A stretch of DNA of 64,000 bases. Origin: Setoptus koraiensis. Lineage: Eukaryota; Animalia; Arthropoda. How positions within the stretch are numbered: the stretch's first letter is position 1; every line of letters starts with the position of its first letter. The DNA lies in contig CM106585.1 of the NCBI GenBank assembly GCA_048013815.1, forward strand, positions 17,670,001 through 17,734,000, written 5' to 3'. The position numbers and the translations under genes are program-made. The notes below the pieces were generated by a model, which searched no databases, was not told the DNA's origin, and was given only the letters and a program-made list of their open reading frames with translations. Below are positions 28,588-41,570 of this stretch, piece after piece.

Positions 28588-31500
28588 ATGAACCGATGAA
28601 CAATTGTCAATCGGTGGTCAATCACCGGCGGCGGCCAACTACGGGCCGACCGCACAGCTCGCGCCGCTACGCTGGCGGCCTCGTTAGCCCGATCACGCGG
28701 CCGGTCACTGATACAACTAATACGACACAATACGACCGATATGACCCGTTCCAATGCGAGCGCAACTTTTCCTTTCACGACAACAATCCATACAAATGCA
28801 AACGCAACACACAAATACAAACACAAACACATCCAATCCATACAATACATATGAAAGGATATTGTGGATAAAGCGCGCCGTTCGGCCAACATTTACAAGC
28901 GAACGCCAATGAAATAAATAATGAATATAATTGGCCAGCCAGCCAGCCAGCCAACACAGACAAAGAGATTCCCACATAATCGCATTGTGACGCGCTCAAC
29001 GTCTCAATGCGATTTGAATATGAAAACCAATGAACGGCCGATAAAAATTACTATCTCGTGTCTATATTATGTTGGCCATCATGCGCATATGCAGATTGTT
29101 CAAGACATCATGCGCAATATGCATACGTATTACGCAACCCAACGGGCAACAACAACAACAACAATATTGGCACAAACAAACAAATAAAACAACATGAGCA
29201 CACACACAACCACTCGGCGAGAGTCGTGATAGTCTTAATGGGCCTAAGAGGGCGCCCCGACAATAACTCGAATGTGGCCAACAACAACAACAACAGCAAC
29301 AACTCACTGCCCTCATAAGGTATTACGCAACAGCAGCACGACTATATATAAACACGTTCGCTAATTGAGAGCCTGTTGTTGTTGATCAGATCAATTGAGT
29401 TTGCATCGATTGTTGTTTGCCAGGCCAACGGTGCAACTAATTAAGAGATAACAACAACAACAACAACAACAACTGCTATATCCATATATCACAATTGACA
29501 GACCGTTGACCACCTATTAGCGTTAACCTGTGCTCGTCCTTGTCGCTGTCGTTGCTGTTGTTGTTACAGGGGTTGTTGTTGCTGTTGTTGTTACAAGGGT
29601 TGTTGTTGCTGTTGGTGTGCGATATGCAGATAACTTGTAGCCGTAACTTGTAGCTGCAGTTCAACAGTGCCCAAGAAAACAAGCTGAGAATAACTTGGCT
29701 GATATTGTTGCTTTTAGACACACGGTATATTAGTGCGTCTAGTTGCGTTCATCGCAACGGCAATTGTCGCCCGATTATAGCAAATCGTTTATTGGGCAAC
29801 AGGTTGGGCCCATTGTTTGCCCGTTTTTTGATTAGATCTAACTGCTCTAGACACACGCTCGCTTTGCCAGACATAATACAAAGTTCATTATCACTTGTTA
29901 TGCAGCCGACAATTAATTAAGCTGGCCTGTCTATGTTCAACATAGTATGTTGAGACACACAATGTTTGTGTGCTGTTGGCGAGCCGTAAATCACAGCTTA
30001 CAACTTATACCCTAAAAGTGGATTGGATCACGATCTGGATCATCTAGATGGTCCCAGAAATGCCAATGAGATTGTGCAATCTCACACAGTGTGCAATATG
30101 GCCGCAACTGCCGGCTAGCTAACCAACAAACCACTGCAACTTACAGTCAGTGTAAGCCACTGGCCAACCGAGCCAGATTAATGGCTCACTCGCTGCCGGT
30201 GCCATTGCCGCAGTAATGCCCCTGTAATACCACCGTAATACCGTTGTGATACCGTTGTAATACCGTTGTGATACCGTTGTAATACCGTTGTAAGGTGTAA
30301 AACAACAACAACAGCAAGCGGAACAGCGGCCCGTTGTTATTATTTATCTTGTGTGACCGTTAATTCGCATTGTTTTTCCTCAAGCCGACTGATCGGCTGA
30401 CTGACGTAATCATAATCAGCTTGACGACGACGACAACGACAACAACAACAGCAGTAATCAATAACACACAGGTAATGTTAATGTTGATCGTAATGTTGTC
30501 AGTAGCAGTAATATTGGCTGCATGTTGTCTCTTACCGTAACAGTCTTACCTAGATAAACAACAACGACAAATGTATGACATAATCGGCCTAATAACTCGC
30601 TAGTGCCACTGGCACCGTTGTTACACTTGTTGCCGCTTGCAAGCCAATTGTCAATGTTGTCGATGTTGCTGTTGCGCTCAAGACTCTTGAGTCAAGAGCA
30701 AGTGTGTCGGCCACCTACGAGTATGCCAGTCGGGTCGCGAATAATAAACAAAATCAATATCGATGCTCGATGTCGCTGCGAATGCCAGCCAGCCAGCCAT
30801 AGAGATAGACGGCGAGATAGACAGTCGCATGGATAGATTGGCAGCTAGATAGACTGACAAACAAATAGATAGAGATAGACAGATAGACAGATAGAGAGTG
30901 TGACAGTCGCAGAGTTAGCCAGTCAAGTGCAACTGCAACCTGTTGAGACTGGCCACCGGCCACCGGCCACTGACAACTGAGGCTTGCATCGCTTCGCCTG
31001 CCAGGTCATCCATCATTGGATCAGGTGTGCGCGACAGGTGAGTTATGCTCTCTTTTCTGTCAAGACCAGCCACTGGCTTGGGCACAGTTGCGTAACAAGC
31101 ACAACGAGTCAGCTTGCCCTTTACGACTGGCTGGTATCTATATATTATTTATTTGCTTGTTTTAGGCCAATGCAGACAAGTCAACATTGGCCTACAACAA
31201 ACAAAAGATTCTCTAACGGAATTGTTAGTTCCGTTTGGCATCGTTAGCGGCGCAAAGCAACCAACGACAATGCGCATGAACAACAAACGCAATTTGCAAA
31301 TGAATGCCGTTAGCCAGCCAGCTCGATATCGTTATGTAATAACATTACATGTTGCATTATGCACAATGCACACACAATGCAACAGCACATGTGAGCTTGG
31401 CAAATGTAAATCGTCAGTAAATGTATTAATATCAACAGCACAGATATAGATTTTGCGTTTTTTTCTCTATTAGAGAGATGCTCCATTTGGGGGCGTAATG

Positions 31501-32490
31501 ATCCTCGGCGTATTGTGCGTATGCAAATGGATATTACATAACATATTACATAACGCAATAATTGTTGTTGCCAGGTTTTCACTGGCAACAAGTCGTGACT
31601 GACACACAACAAACTCACCTGATACATAACAACAAGCGCACGATATTAAATATAACACCGACATTAAATATAAACCGAAATAAAACAAATATAAAAAATG
31701 CTCATAATGTCTCGAGATGGCACACAATCATCGCCAGCGTCGCCTCTTGATCCCATTACAGATCTCATTATATCCCGTTATATCGCATTATATCGCATTG
31801 TGTCGCTTACTCGTTATATCGCTTACGTAATGGCTCACGTTTGGCGCGCAACAAAGCAGCCAAACTTGCTGCTGGTACGTGCTTATTTAGCTGTGCTAAT
31901 ACACACTGAACACATACGTTTATATTGTTGCTGTTGACCAGCGACTGTCCGGCACAGAGCGGGCTAATTAGTGACGGCTTGAACTGTGTCCATTGATCAC
32001 TATCGCCGAGCGCGTTTCATTAGCATAACAAAAACAGGTAAATGGACGAGAAAAAAAAGCGGTCGATCACTGAATTGATACAGCGACTTTTTGCTCGCTT
32101 TCGTCTGTTTTTATTAGCAACAATTATCAATAGTTCACCAGCATGGTATCATCACGTGCCTCTCAGTTGGCCGTACAGTTGGCCGCACAGTTGGCTGTGC
32201 AATTGGCTGCACAGTTAGCTGGCGAGCAAGTGCTGATAGTCTGCAAGTTGCACAACAGTATCGGTGCATTTAAGCGCGCATGATGCACAACGGGTCTCAA
32301 TGCGTTGCGTAACATTCAATTGTTGATGTGTCAGCCAGTGCACAAGCCGTTAAATGCTAATTCAGAGCACACAAACAAACAGCTAAAATAAATAATAATG
32401 ATAACAATATTAATTTCAATAATAATAATAAAAATAATGTTGCGCCATGCCGAATAATACGCAAGCCATCTCTGGCTTGTGTGAGCGGTG

Positions 32491-32548
32491 CTCAGGTGAG
32501 TTGTGCTCAGGTGAGTTGTGCTCAGGTGAGTTGTGCTCAGGTGAGTTG
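32491..32548. repeat. 15-bp tandem CTCAGGTGAGTTGTG x4 (CAGGTG E-box array)
   Basis: Four consecutive units read directly. Confidence 0.85.
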
Positions 32549-35070
32549 AGCGTTGCTAGATGCCTGAGCCAGATTAGAGTGCGTTACGCAACAGCAACAA
32601 CAACAACGACAACAACAACAACAACAGCAGCCGAGTTGCGGCCAACTGTTGAGCGAGTCAGTTGAGTCTGCCGGTGAGTGGACGGCAACGAGCACGCCGA
32701 CAAGTGTTGCAAGCGACTTGCATCGAGCAATCATCGCTGCTCTCATTGGCCATTCACCTGTCGTGACTTACCTGTTGTTGGCCGTGTTGTCGAGTGTGCT
32801 GTCGAGTGTGCTGTTGGCCGTGTTGTGTCATGGTCAAGTTGGTCAAGTGTCGCTGTTGCGCAACACATGGTATCGCATGGTATCGCGGTGTCGATTTGAA
32901 CGAATTGAGATCTCGACAAGAGATTGCATCGCATGCTCATCTCATTACCGACTCTCAGACTCTCTCACAGATTCTCAAAATCGCTCTGTCAACCTTGGCT
33001 GGCCGTTTCTCTGTTTGGGGCTGTTGTTGTCACGGTGATCTTGTCATGCATTCCGTTGACATGGCCAGCTCCAGCTCGATGTGCGTGTCTCGTCGTCCGA
33101 TCAAATGCGCCAAATCGAGCGCTCTCAATGAGAATCATATCATAATCATCGCGGTCGTAATCCGCTAGACGCGCCACCGATCCATCACGATGTGGCCGCT
33201 TTTCGTCGTGCAAACTGACCGCTAGCCGCCGGTCAGCATGCAGCATGTACGCACAACATGGGCTAATCTCCAAATGGCACACACACACACACACACAAAT
33301 CCCCAAATGACAGGCGAAAATCTCCAAAAAACAGCCAGAAATCTTTAAATGACATGCAGAAATCTCCAACTGACATGCAAAAATGTCCACCGGAATTCAC
33401 GGTGACACCATTGAGCGAGAAGATTCCGTCGCGAGAAGACGCAACGGAACAGACTCGGGTGAATGATGGTTCCGGCTGCTTTGCAAAGGCACCAACAAAG
33501 AATTTTCCACGGCCGGTCGGCGCATTCGGCGATGTTTTCGGCGATGCTCCGGCCATACGTCGAGCAGCGCATTTTGCAGCAAATATCCGGCGCACAAGGA
33601 TGCACCGCAAACAATATCGCAAACGAGTGGTCACGATTCGCCATTGTAGGTGACCTCCAAAATTCAACTTTTGAGCAATCAAGTCAAGTTGCATGCGCAA
33701 TAACGGGCCGGCGTGCAATTGAATCGACGATGCCCATGTCCGGCAATCATCCGACACTCGCAATCGTTGGCGAGCGACGCGACGGAACGCAACAAGAGAA
33801 CGCTCGAAATCTAGTTTACACTTATTGAACACACACGCCAATGGCGCCGGTTGTGTCCGGCTCACAAGCAGCCAACGAAATTGCTGCCAGGGAAATCAAG
33901 AGCAAACCAGATTTGGCCTAAACATTAAAGATTCCGGTGCGATGCGTCGGCGAAATAATTTGAAAATTGTTGCATTTTTCCCGTTTCTCTCTCTCTCTCT
34001 CGTTGCTCTCGCCATACAACGTTTTGCATCGCCGTCCGACAATGCGCTTATTGAAATTGGTCAGCTCACATGCACAAGGCATCATACAGGTAAAATACAG
34101 GTGAATACAGGTGTGTGTGTGTGATTGCGTCATCGGTGCGCCAGAAATCATGCCAGAGCCGGCCATTTGTCGTGTCGGCTCGCATCATGACCGACACCAA
34201 TCATCGATCAGCCGCTCGGTGGCGTGTGTGTGGCGATCAATTTAGGCTAACAATCAATTGGCAAGTTGTTGAAAAAGGGCGCCTAGTGGCTAGAAAACAA
34301 ATCATTATCTCGACTGTATCGCCCACTCACGTCAACGTCGTATACTCACACTCAAATCGGCATCATCTTTTTATTGCTCGCAGCATCATGTCTGATCGTG
34401 GTCGGGCCGCAACCGCTGGCCATTACTAAGCTGGCCATGTCAATTACATGTCGATTGGCCTCTTTTGGCCTCTATTGGCCATTTCCAGCACTACAATTGG
34501 CATGTCAATTAACTATCAGCTACAAGCGGTTTATTGATAGCGGTGAGGTGGCCATTACTGCATGTTATGGCCACCCAAGCGTGTCAATCGGTCAGCTGCT
34601 TGTTTTGTTGACCTTGTTCACAATTAACACCTTATTTGGTCAACAGGTGACAGCTCATCCATGCGACAGGCAAATTGATGACTCTGGCCGTTGACGGTGC
34701 CCACATCGAGGCACCGTCAATCAGTTATGTAACTCACAAGTTACACTTACAAGTTGCACAGTGTAAGTCAACAATAACAGTTAATAATAGTAATGATTGT
34801 TGCTTGATTTAAATTGGCCTGTATGCACTTGTCACTGTCAGATTGTCTCGAACTGTTGCGAAACGGAGAACAACGAACGGCAAAAAATAGGATTGGCCTT
34901 TTTTGTTTGCTGTTCTCTGTCAACTGTCACTTTCTTGAGAGAGAGACCTTTTTTCATATCATCGTGCCAATTATAGCCGCTAATTCGCACCCCATGTTAT
35001 GCAAATTGTTATGTTGTTACTATTAACAGCTCACAACTGCCAACGCCCCCGCAACTGGCCAATTCGCCTT

Positions 35071-35122
35071 GATACCTGTGTCCTGTTACCTGTGTCCTGA
35101 TACCTGTGTCTTGTTACCTGTG
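35071..35122. repeat. 14-bp tandem containing TACCTGTG x4 (CAGGTA on - strand)
   Basis: TACCTGTG at 35073, 35087, 35101 and 35115. Confidence 0.85.
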
Positions 35123-36671
35123 TTAGGATACTTGCGTCCACTTGGTATCTGTGTCGTGTTCAATGGCGATAATTGCGAGCAAGGCACTCGTTGCATTTGT
35201 TACAACAACATTCTCAATTGTGAGCCGATGACATCAATAAAAAGTAACAGAATAAAAGTAAATATAGCAATTGTCTTCTCACACTCGCAGCGCACTTTTT
35301 CAGAATATCTGTCCAAAGTATCTGTTGAAAATATCATCAACAAACAGATCTCATGATAACTCACAGTCACTCGCCATTGTCGGCCATGTTTGCATACGAG
35401 CACTTCAACCAACTCTGGCCAACTGTTGACTCTCGACTTATCTCGACAAACTCTCAACTCAAAAGCGAGTCATAACTCGAAATTTGTAACTCACAAGCGA
35501 AAGCCCTTTGTTACTTGTTATCGCATGTATTACGCAATGTTTGCTGTCGTTGTTGTTGTTGTTGTTGCTGATGATGGCCGCTTGTCAAGCGCCGCAAATG
35601 ATGGTGTCTAACACGGCTTTAATGACATCCAGCCAGGCCAACAACAGCTGATTACTGCAGCCAGTGGTCAGTTACACCTGTCCGCTGGCCGCCAGTTGTT
35701 TATCCTGTTGTTATTAGCATGGACAGTCGTTGTCGTTGTTATTAGCATGGAATGTCGCTGCTGTTGTTGTTGCTGTTGTGCTGTTGTTCGAGCCAGTTGC
35801 ACAGCGACAACAACAACAACAACAACAACACGACAGACACACAACTGACCAATGGACTGGGCACACATTAATCAAAAAGATGATCGCTTCCTCTGTCGGT
35901 GTCTGACACCGTCCATTGTAATTGTTGTTGATTGTTTGTGTGCCAGCGGAGCGCTGGTAAAGCGACAAAACCGAGACGACAAAGAATGTGTCTCGAAGAA
36001 TTCAAAGAATTCAAAGAATGAAACGGGTCACTTCGAAGTTGCGCTGAGTTCCTGCCGGCGCCGTCAAATGTGCCGCTTGAAATGAAACTCACCGGTTTGT
36101 GTGTGTGTGTGTCCCGCAGCCAAACAATGGAGCCAGGCAGCGCATTCCGCCGACAGCGGGCCGCTTATCCGCTAACGGGCAACCCGCTAACTTTACAACA
36201 CCCACGCATCTGAGCCCGAATGGTAGCGACCAAATATTAGTATTATAATACGACTTTTGCACTGCTCCAGTTGGCATGCTTACGTTATGCATGTGGCCGT
36301 ATTGCGCAACCGTTTTATTTGCCGGATAATCCGCCACATTCCGTGCAGACAGATCACCTGTTGTCGAAGGCAGAATTCGATCGGCGAATTGCGCAGCGAA
36401 CGGTAGCGAAAGATATCCGCACTGGCGACCAAAACTTGCAATCGTTTCCACTAATTCGTACCCGTAAATACCCGACGCTAATCGTCTGTTCTCCGTCTCA
36501 CTCCCACGCACCGCTCTTAAAATACCGGAATTCGTGGAATGCCCCGCAATGTAACCGACACATCACCGAAATACCCCGTTGGAATTGGATTCCTGAATGG
36601 AATTGAAAATATACACCAAAATATTATGCAAATATCATTGCAAATATTCACAATTGTCACACACGCAACAG

Positions 36672-37202
36672 CCGGCTGCCCGTACCCCGGTAGCGCCAGC
36701 AACTGTCACGTGACGATCACTAGTCAGGCGCCCTCGGTGCCACTGATCAGCATGGACTACCTAAGCGAGGAATATTCAAATTTACCTGTTGGCGCCAAGG
36801 CCAATTACAAATGTGATGACGGCTACGAATTGTTCGGTAGTCAAGTGATACAATGCCTGCCAACGGGTAAATGGTCAGCGCCAGCGCCCTCTTGTACGCT
36901 AAATATTGCCTACGGAAAACAAACTAATCAATCGTCAACAGTTAGAGGTGGCGATTCTAGGAATGCCATCGATGGAAAATCCATAACATTGCACGATATG
37001 AAATATTGTACAGAGACCAAATTTGAGCAATCGCCCTGGTGGCAAATAGATTTGTTGCAAGCGTACGAAATTAGAGCGGTCAGAATATTGACCAGAGCCT
37101 GCTGCAATCCCGCCACCCAGTTGCACGATCTCGAGATCAGGGTCGGCAATCAGTCCACCATTCAGGGCAACAGGTTGTGCGCCTGGAACCCCGCTCCTCT
37201 GG
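36672..37202 (+). CDS. fw: furrowed-like selectin exon: N-terminal Sushi/CCP plus first part of FTP (F5/8-type C/fucolectin) domain
   Basis: Acceptor caacAG at 36671, donor G|GTAAGT at 37203, both phase 1. Sushi GCPYPG...ANYKCDDGYELFG...QCLPTGKWSAPAPSC; FTP LNIAYGKQTNQSS...RNAIDG...CTET...PWWQIDL...EIRVG. Confidence 0.9.
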
Positions 37203-37426
37203 GTAAGTCACCAACATAACCGTTATATCGTCAACCATATTCTGGTATCGACTGTCGATTGTCCGGCATTGTCGCGCCATCGACAGTGGACCGATCGACC
37301 AGAATTTCGGCATATTTCGGCCAGCAAATGCCCCCCAAATAAATAAGCAAATGATCTATTTCTGACACAACAACCCAATTCTTTTCATGTTTATACCTGT
37401 GCGTACCACACATTTGCGGACAACAG

Positions 37427-37549
37427 AGGAGGGCCTCACGCGCGACTTTACATGCGCCTTCCCCATTGTGGGTCGCTTCGTCTCGATACAAATGGTGGGC
37501 ATCGAGGCATCGTTGTCGCTTTGCGAGGTATTCGTTTTCTCCACTAAAG
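37427..37549 (+). CDS. fw: furrowed-like exon: end of FTP domain
   Basis: caacAG acceptor at 37426, G|GTAAGT donor at 37550; EEGLTRDFTCAFPIVGRFVSIQMVGIEASLSLCEVFVFS. Confidence 0.9.
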
Positions 37550-40500
37550 GTAAGTGCGGTCGACCGGTGGCCTTAATCGCCGCTCGCTTTTGCAGTTCTC
37601 TGCCCGTGGGCCGTCGCAATTGGATATTGTTCAGCATTGATCAGTGGATATCGGCGAGCATTGGTTGTTATTGAGCGGTCCAATGAGGCAAGGCGCGACT
37701 TGCTGCAACCTTTGCCGACGAGCCAACAAGCGGCCAACAAGCGACCAACTAACGGCCAACTAACGGCCAACTGACGGCTCTCGAAATGTCATAGATAAGC
37801 TTGTTTCAGCATGCGAGAGCTCTTCTTGTCTGTGCGTGGATGGCTAAATTGAAAATGCAAATAATGATGATAATTCATTAATAATAATAATAACGCCGCT
37901 GATAAGCCCTATCAATTATCGCCGGCTCTCGCTGGATTGCGCGCTCGATTGTGCGCTCGATAGGCACGTCGATAGGAGCGAGCAGCCTCGAGCCATGAGC
38001 CTCACCTTGCTCTTTTTCGCATTGATTGTTTGTATCATCGAGCAACATTGGACAAAGTTTGCTGTCGACTTAATGTGCTCTCACATGACCCATTGAGAGC
38101 CACTTACGAGAGTTCAATCGGCGCTTGTCGAGCTAGCCAGCGAAGAAGACACTTGACTGTGTGTGTGTGTGTGTGTGTGCCTCTCATCATAATCATCGCA
38201 TAACATGACAGAAATAGCTGCTGCTGCTTGTTTAACTTGTAATGCTAATGTTCAAATAGCAACAAGTGTAAATAAGTTCACAGCTAACAAATCACGGCAA
38301 CAACAACAGTGCTCGCAAACAGTTGTTCTTGGCTAATTTTGGCGGTCTCGACGCCAACACTACATCTAATGAACCGTTGCCAGATGACGGCTTTCAGTTG
38401 CGGCAAAATTTGATTTGGTTGCCTTCGAGAGCCAGTGTGAACCAGTGCGAGTTGTGTCAACCAACACAACACACGACACAACAACAGCAACAACAGCGAC
38501 AACAACGACAACAACGACAACAAAAACAACATGTTATCAGAATAATAATAACTAATAAACAAGGGAGTCAAGTTATGCAAATGAGCCTCGCCGAGAGCCC
38601 AAACAAAGAGATCGTCACGTGTGCGTATGTGTGTTTAGTCGATTGGTGGTTGTTGGTGTCGTTGCTGCTGGCGTGCTCGTGAGTCTCGACGTGAGAGAAA
38701 GCGGAGGGACAAAAAAGAAGAACAACAACAAGTAATTCACTGTGCAACTTTAACAATATACGCACCAGCAACAACAATAACATTATATGTATTGTAACGG
38801 CGAGCCAGCTATGGCTCGGCTAACGAGTTACAGGCAGCGATTGATATGAGTGCACATGGTCACACAAAATACAATTAGACCGTTAGATTCAGCAACAGCA
38901 ACAACAGCGACAACAACGGCAACGGCAACAACGGCAACAACAGCGACAATGGTAACAACGGCAACAAGAGAGAGAGAAACAACAACAAGGGAAACAACAA
39001 GCACCAAAAACAACAACAAGTGCGAGCGACAGACAAGTGCCGAATGACGGTTCACCTTGATTTCTTCAACAGCGACAACAACGACGACGCCAACAACAAC
39101 AACAGCAACAACAGCAGCAACAACAGCTGTCAGTTGGTTAATGTAAAGTGTGTGACAGGTGGAAATTGCCGCTGGTCGTCGCTGTTGTTGTTGTTGTTGT
39201 TGTTGCTAATGAAAAGAGAGCGATAACGCAGCAATTACTGTGCTGGCTGGCCCACATGATGATATTTGCAAATTGCGATATGCTCGCTTTGCATTATGTG
39301 CAATTTAGCTGACAAGTTTGTGAGCTTTATCATGTGAAGACTCACTTGCACTAACTTGCCACGGCTAACTGTGTTGTCGCCTAACTGGCAACACAGTTAA
39401 CCAGCTACTACGCACACTCATCCAGCCAAACATGTACTAATGATGTAATTAATGTGCGAGCTGATTGCGCGCGGCCAACTTAGCACGCGCAATAATAGAC
39501 ACATGATTTATTGTCAGATGGAGAGATAACACCAACTATACGCACGTATGCACGTACTCATGCTATATCCAGCTATTTATGGTGTATGCGTGTATTTATG
39601 GCACATCGTCGGTGCTGTCAGTGCATCCTCAGCGCATTCTTTTCGCAGTTTTCTGTATATATCTTCATGTATATACCGGTACAGTAAATATATCTTTATA
39701 TATATAAATCTGTGTGTATCGCTCATTAGAGATTGTTAATCATTTCCATGTGCGCGGCTATTGTCATTTCTGGCTATGTCACTATGATATATCGCGCGCA
39801 TTTAACAATGCACTTACAATTGTTAGATTAACAATTGTATCAGGCGGGCCGACAGGTGGCTCCAGTTACTAATCTAATTGAATGGCGACCCGGCCGACAA
39901 TAATCCGCGTACCTGAGCTGATCGAATCGGCGATACAGATACAGATTGCGTCAGTAGATACAAGTGGCAGCGGGATTATTTATCCATTGTGTTGCATTGT
40001 GTTATATTGTGCTGCCTCTGGCGAGCGATAACATAAAGATAAACGGACGCAGCTATTAATACAACGGCACTATCGGACGCGGTCATTGTTGTTGTTGTTG
40101 CTGCTGTTGTTGCCGCTGCCGCCTAAGTAAACAGCAGCAGTTCAAACTTGCAGTTTATTGCCGTCAACGGGCAAGATTGATAGTCAAGATCAAGGCGAGT
40201 ATTCGTTTTTACTGTCTACAACTATTTATATAAATATAAATGTAATATTCTCGCAAAATGGCTCTCGGCAAGACAGTTTAAAAATAGTTTAAAGCCGTCT
40301 AAGTGCTCGCAATCGCACTGACTGCCAACTGTTCAAAATTAGATTTTGCCGTCACAATTGTTGTAATTGCTGGCCGAATTGCCGTCTAGAGAAGGGTGCT
40401 CTTTGAGCGGCTAAAATGCTTGTAAGCGCTCGTACTAAATGTTGGCGATGAAATATTGATGGAGTGCTGTCATGTCTGCTCGATACCAAGTCAAGTTGAT

Positions 40501-41570
40501 AGCCTGTCAAGACACTATCTGACGATCTACTTCAACGCCAACTAAATACACATTATTATTATTATTCATATGTAGCCATTCAAATTGCGAGTAGCGAGTA
40601 GCGAGTAGCGAGTTGCCAGTTTGCAGTGGCCAAATGCGATTATTTGCATTATCGCAACATTAGTCAGACTATAACGGCCGACTCTAACATGAGATATAAC
40701 GGCCAGATAATGTTTTGAAGAATTTATTCCAAATTTGTCAGTGGAATATTCGTTTATTTAGCCACCGATCTCTTCGACGGGTCATCGTGTTTGAATGCAA
40801 ATTATGCAGCCACTTCACTCCACATCATGTCAGAGTGTGACCTCGAACCGTCACACCGACACTGACCGCAACAACTGGGCCATCAATCGCACCATCAATT
40901 GGGCCACCAAGCCCTGCGTTGGGCCATTTAGCCGTGGGCCCATTGAGCCGTTTCGCCACTGAGCCATCCTTACGGCATCGGCCCATTGGCGTAACGGGCC
41001 GGCCGTTGGTTGCTAGAACTGATCTTGTTGTCATGGTTACCATGGGTTGTTAGCTTGTTAGTTTACTTCGTTTGGCGCGGATAGTTTCAGGCGGCGTTAA
41101 TTATCTCACGTTGGTGTCTCGTCTTCACGCTCACTATCCGCCGCTATGCAAAAACCGTGCTCACTTTATTCAAATTGCACATCTCACTCAAACAATCGAG
41201 CAGCCAAATGGCGAAGCGAATGCAAAAAAGGAAACTCGGCCCGTCCTAAATCTATTTTATTCGCCTATTCCATTAGGCTCGTTAATTAATTTACTCGATT
41301 ATTTTCACTGCGCGCCAACCGTCTCGTGTCCAGCTCAACTCGTTTATTTAGCCACCAATGAACTATTTCGCTAATGAACTTCCTCAATTAATTAATTGAT
41401 TAATATACTCTCTGTCTCTCTCGCTTTTAAACCAACTGTCTCAACTGTCTGCCAAAATAATTGCCACTGCTGGTAATTACTCCTCACCGTGAACCGTTAA
41501 CCGGCAACTGGCAACCGTCGCCACAAACATCCACCTATCGACACACCGATCAACTAAAAAAAAAACACAG

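Noticed and set aside
34374-34694. Alternative signal-peptide exon (SIGQLLVLLTLFTINTLFGQQ|VTA)
   Set aside because: Its donor is phase 0, incompatible with the phase-1 acceptor at 36671, and there is no nearby in-frame ATG directly before the hydrophobic stretch.
383-36500. About 200 short ORFs in the supplied track (poly-L/V/C/T/N/Q translations)
   Set aside because: They are translations of (CAA)n/(TTG)n/(CA)n microsatellites and short tandem repeats with no recognisable domains; only the KCTD ORF is supported.
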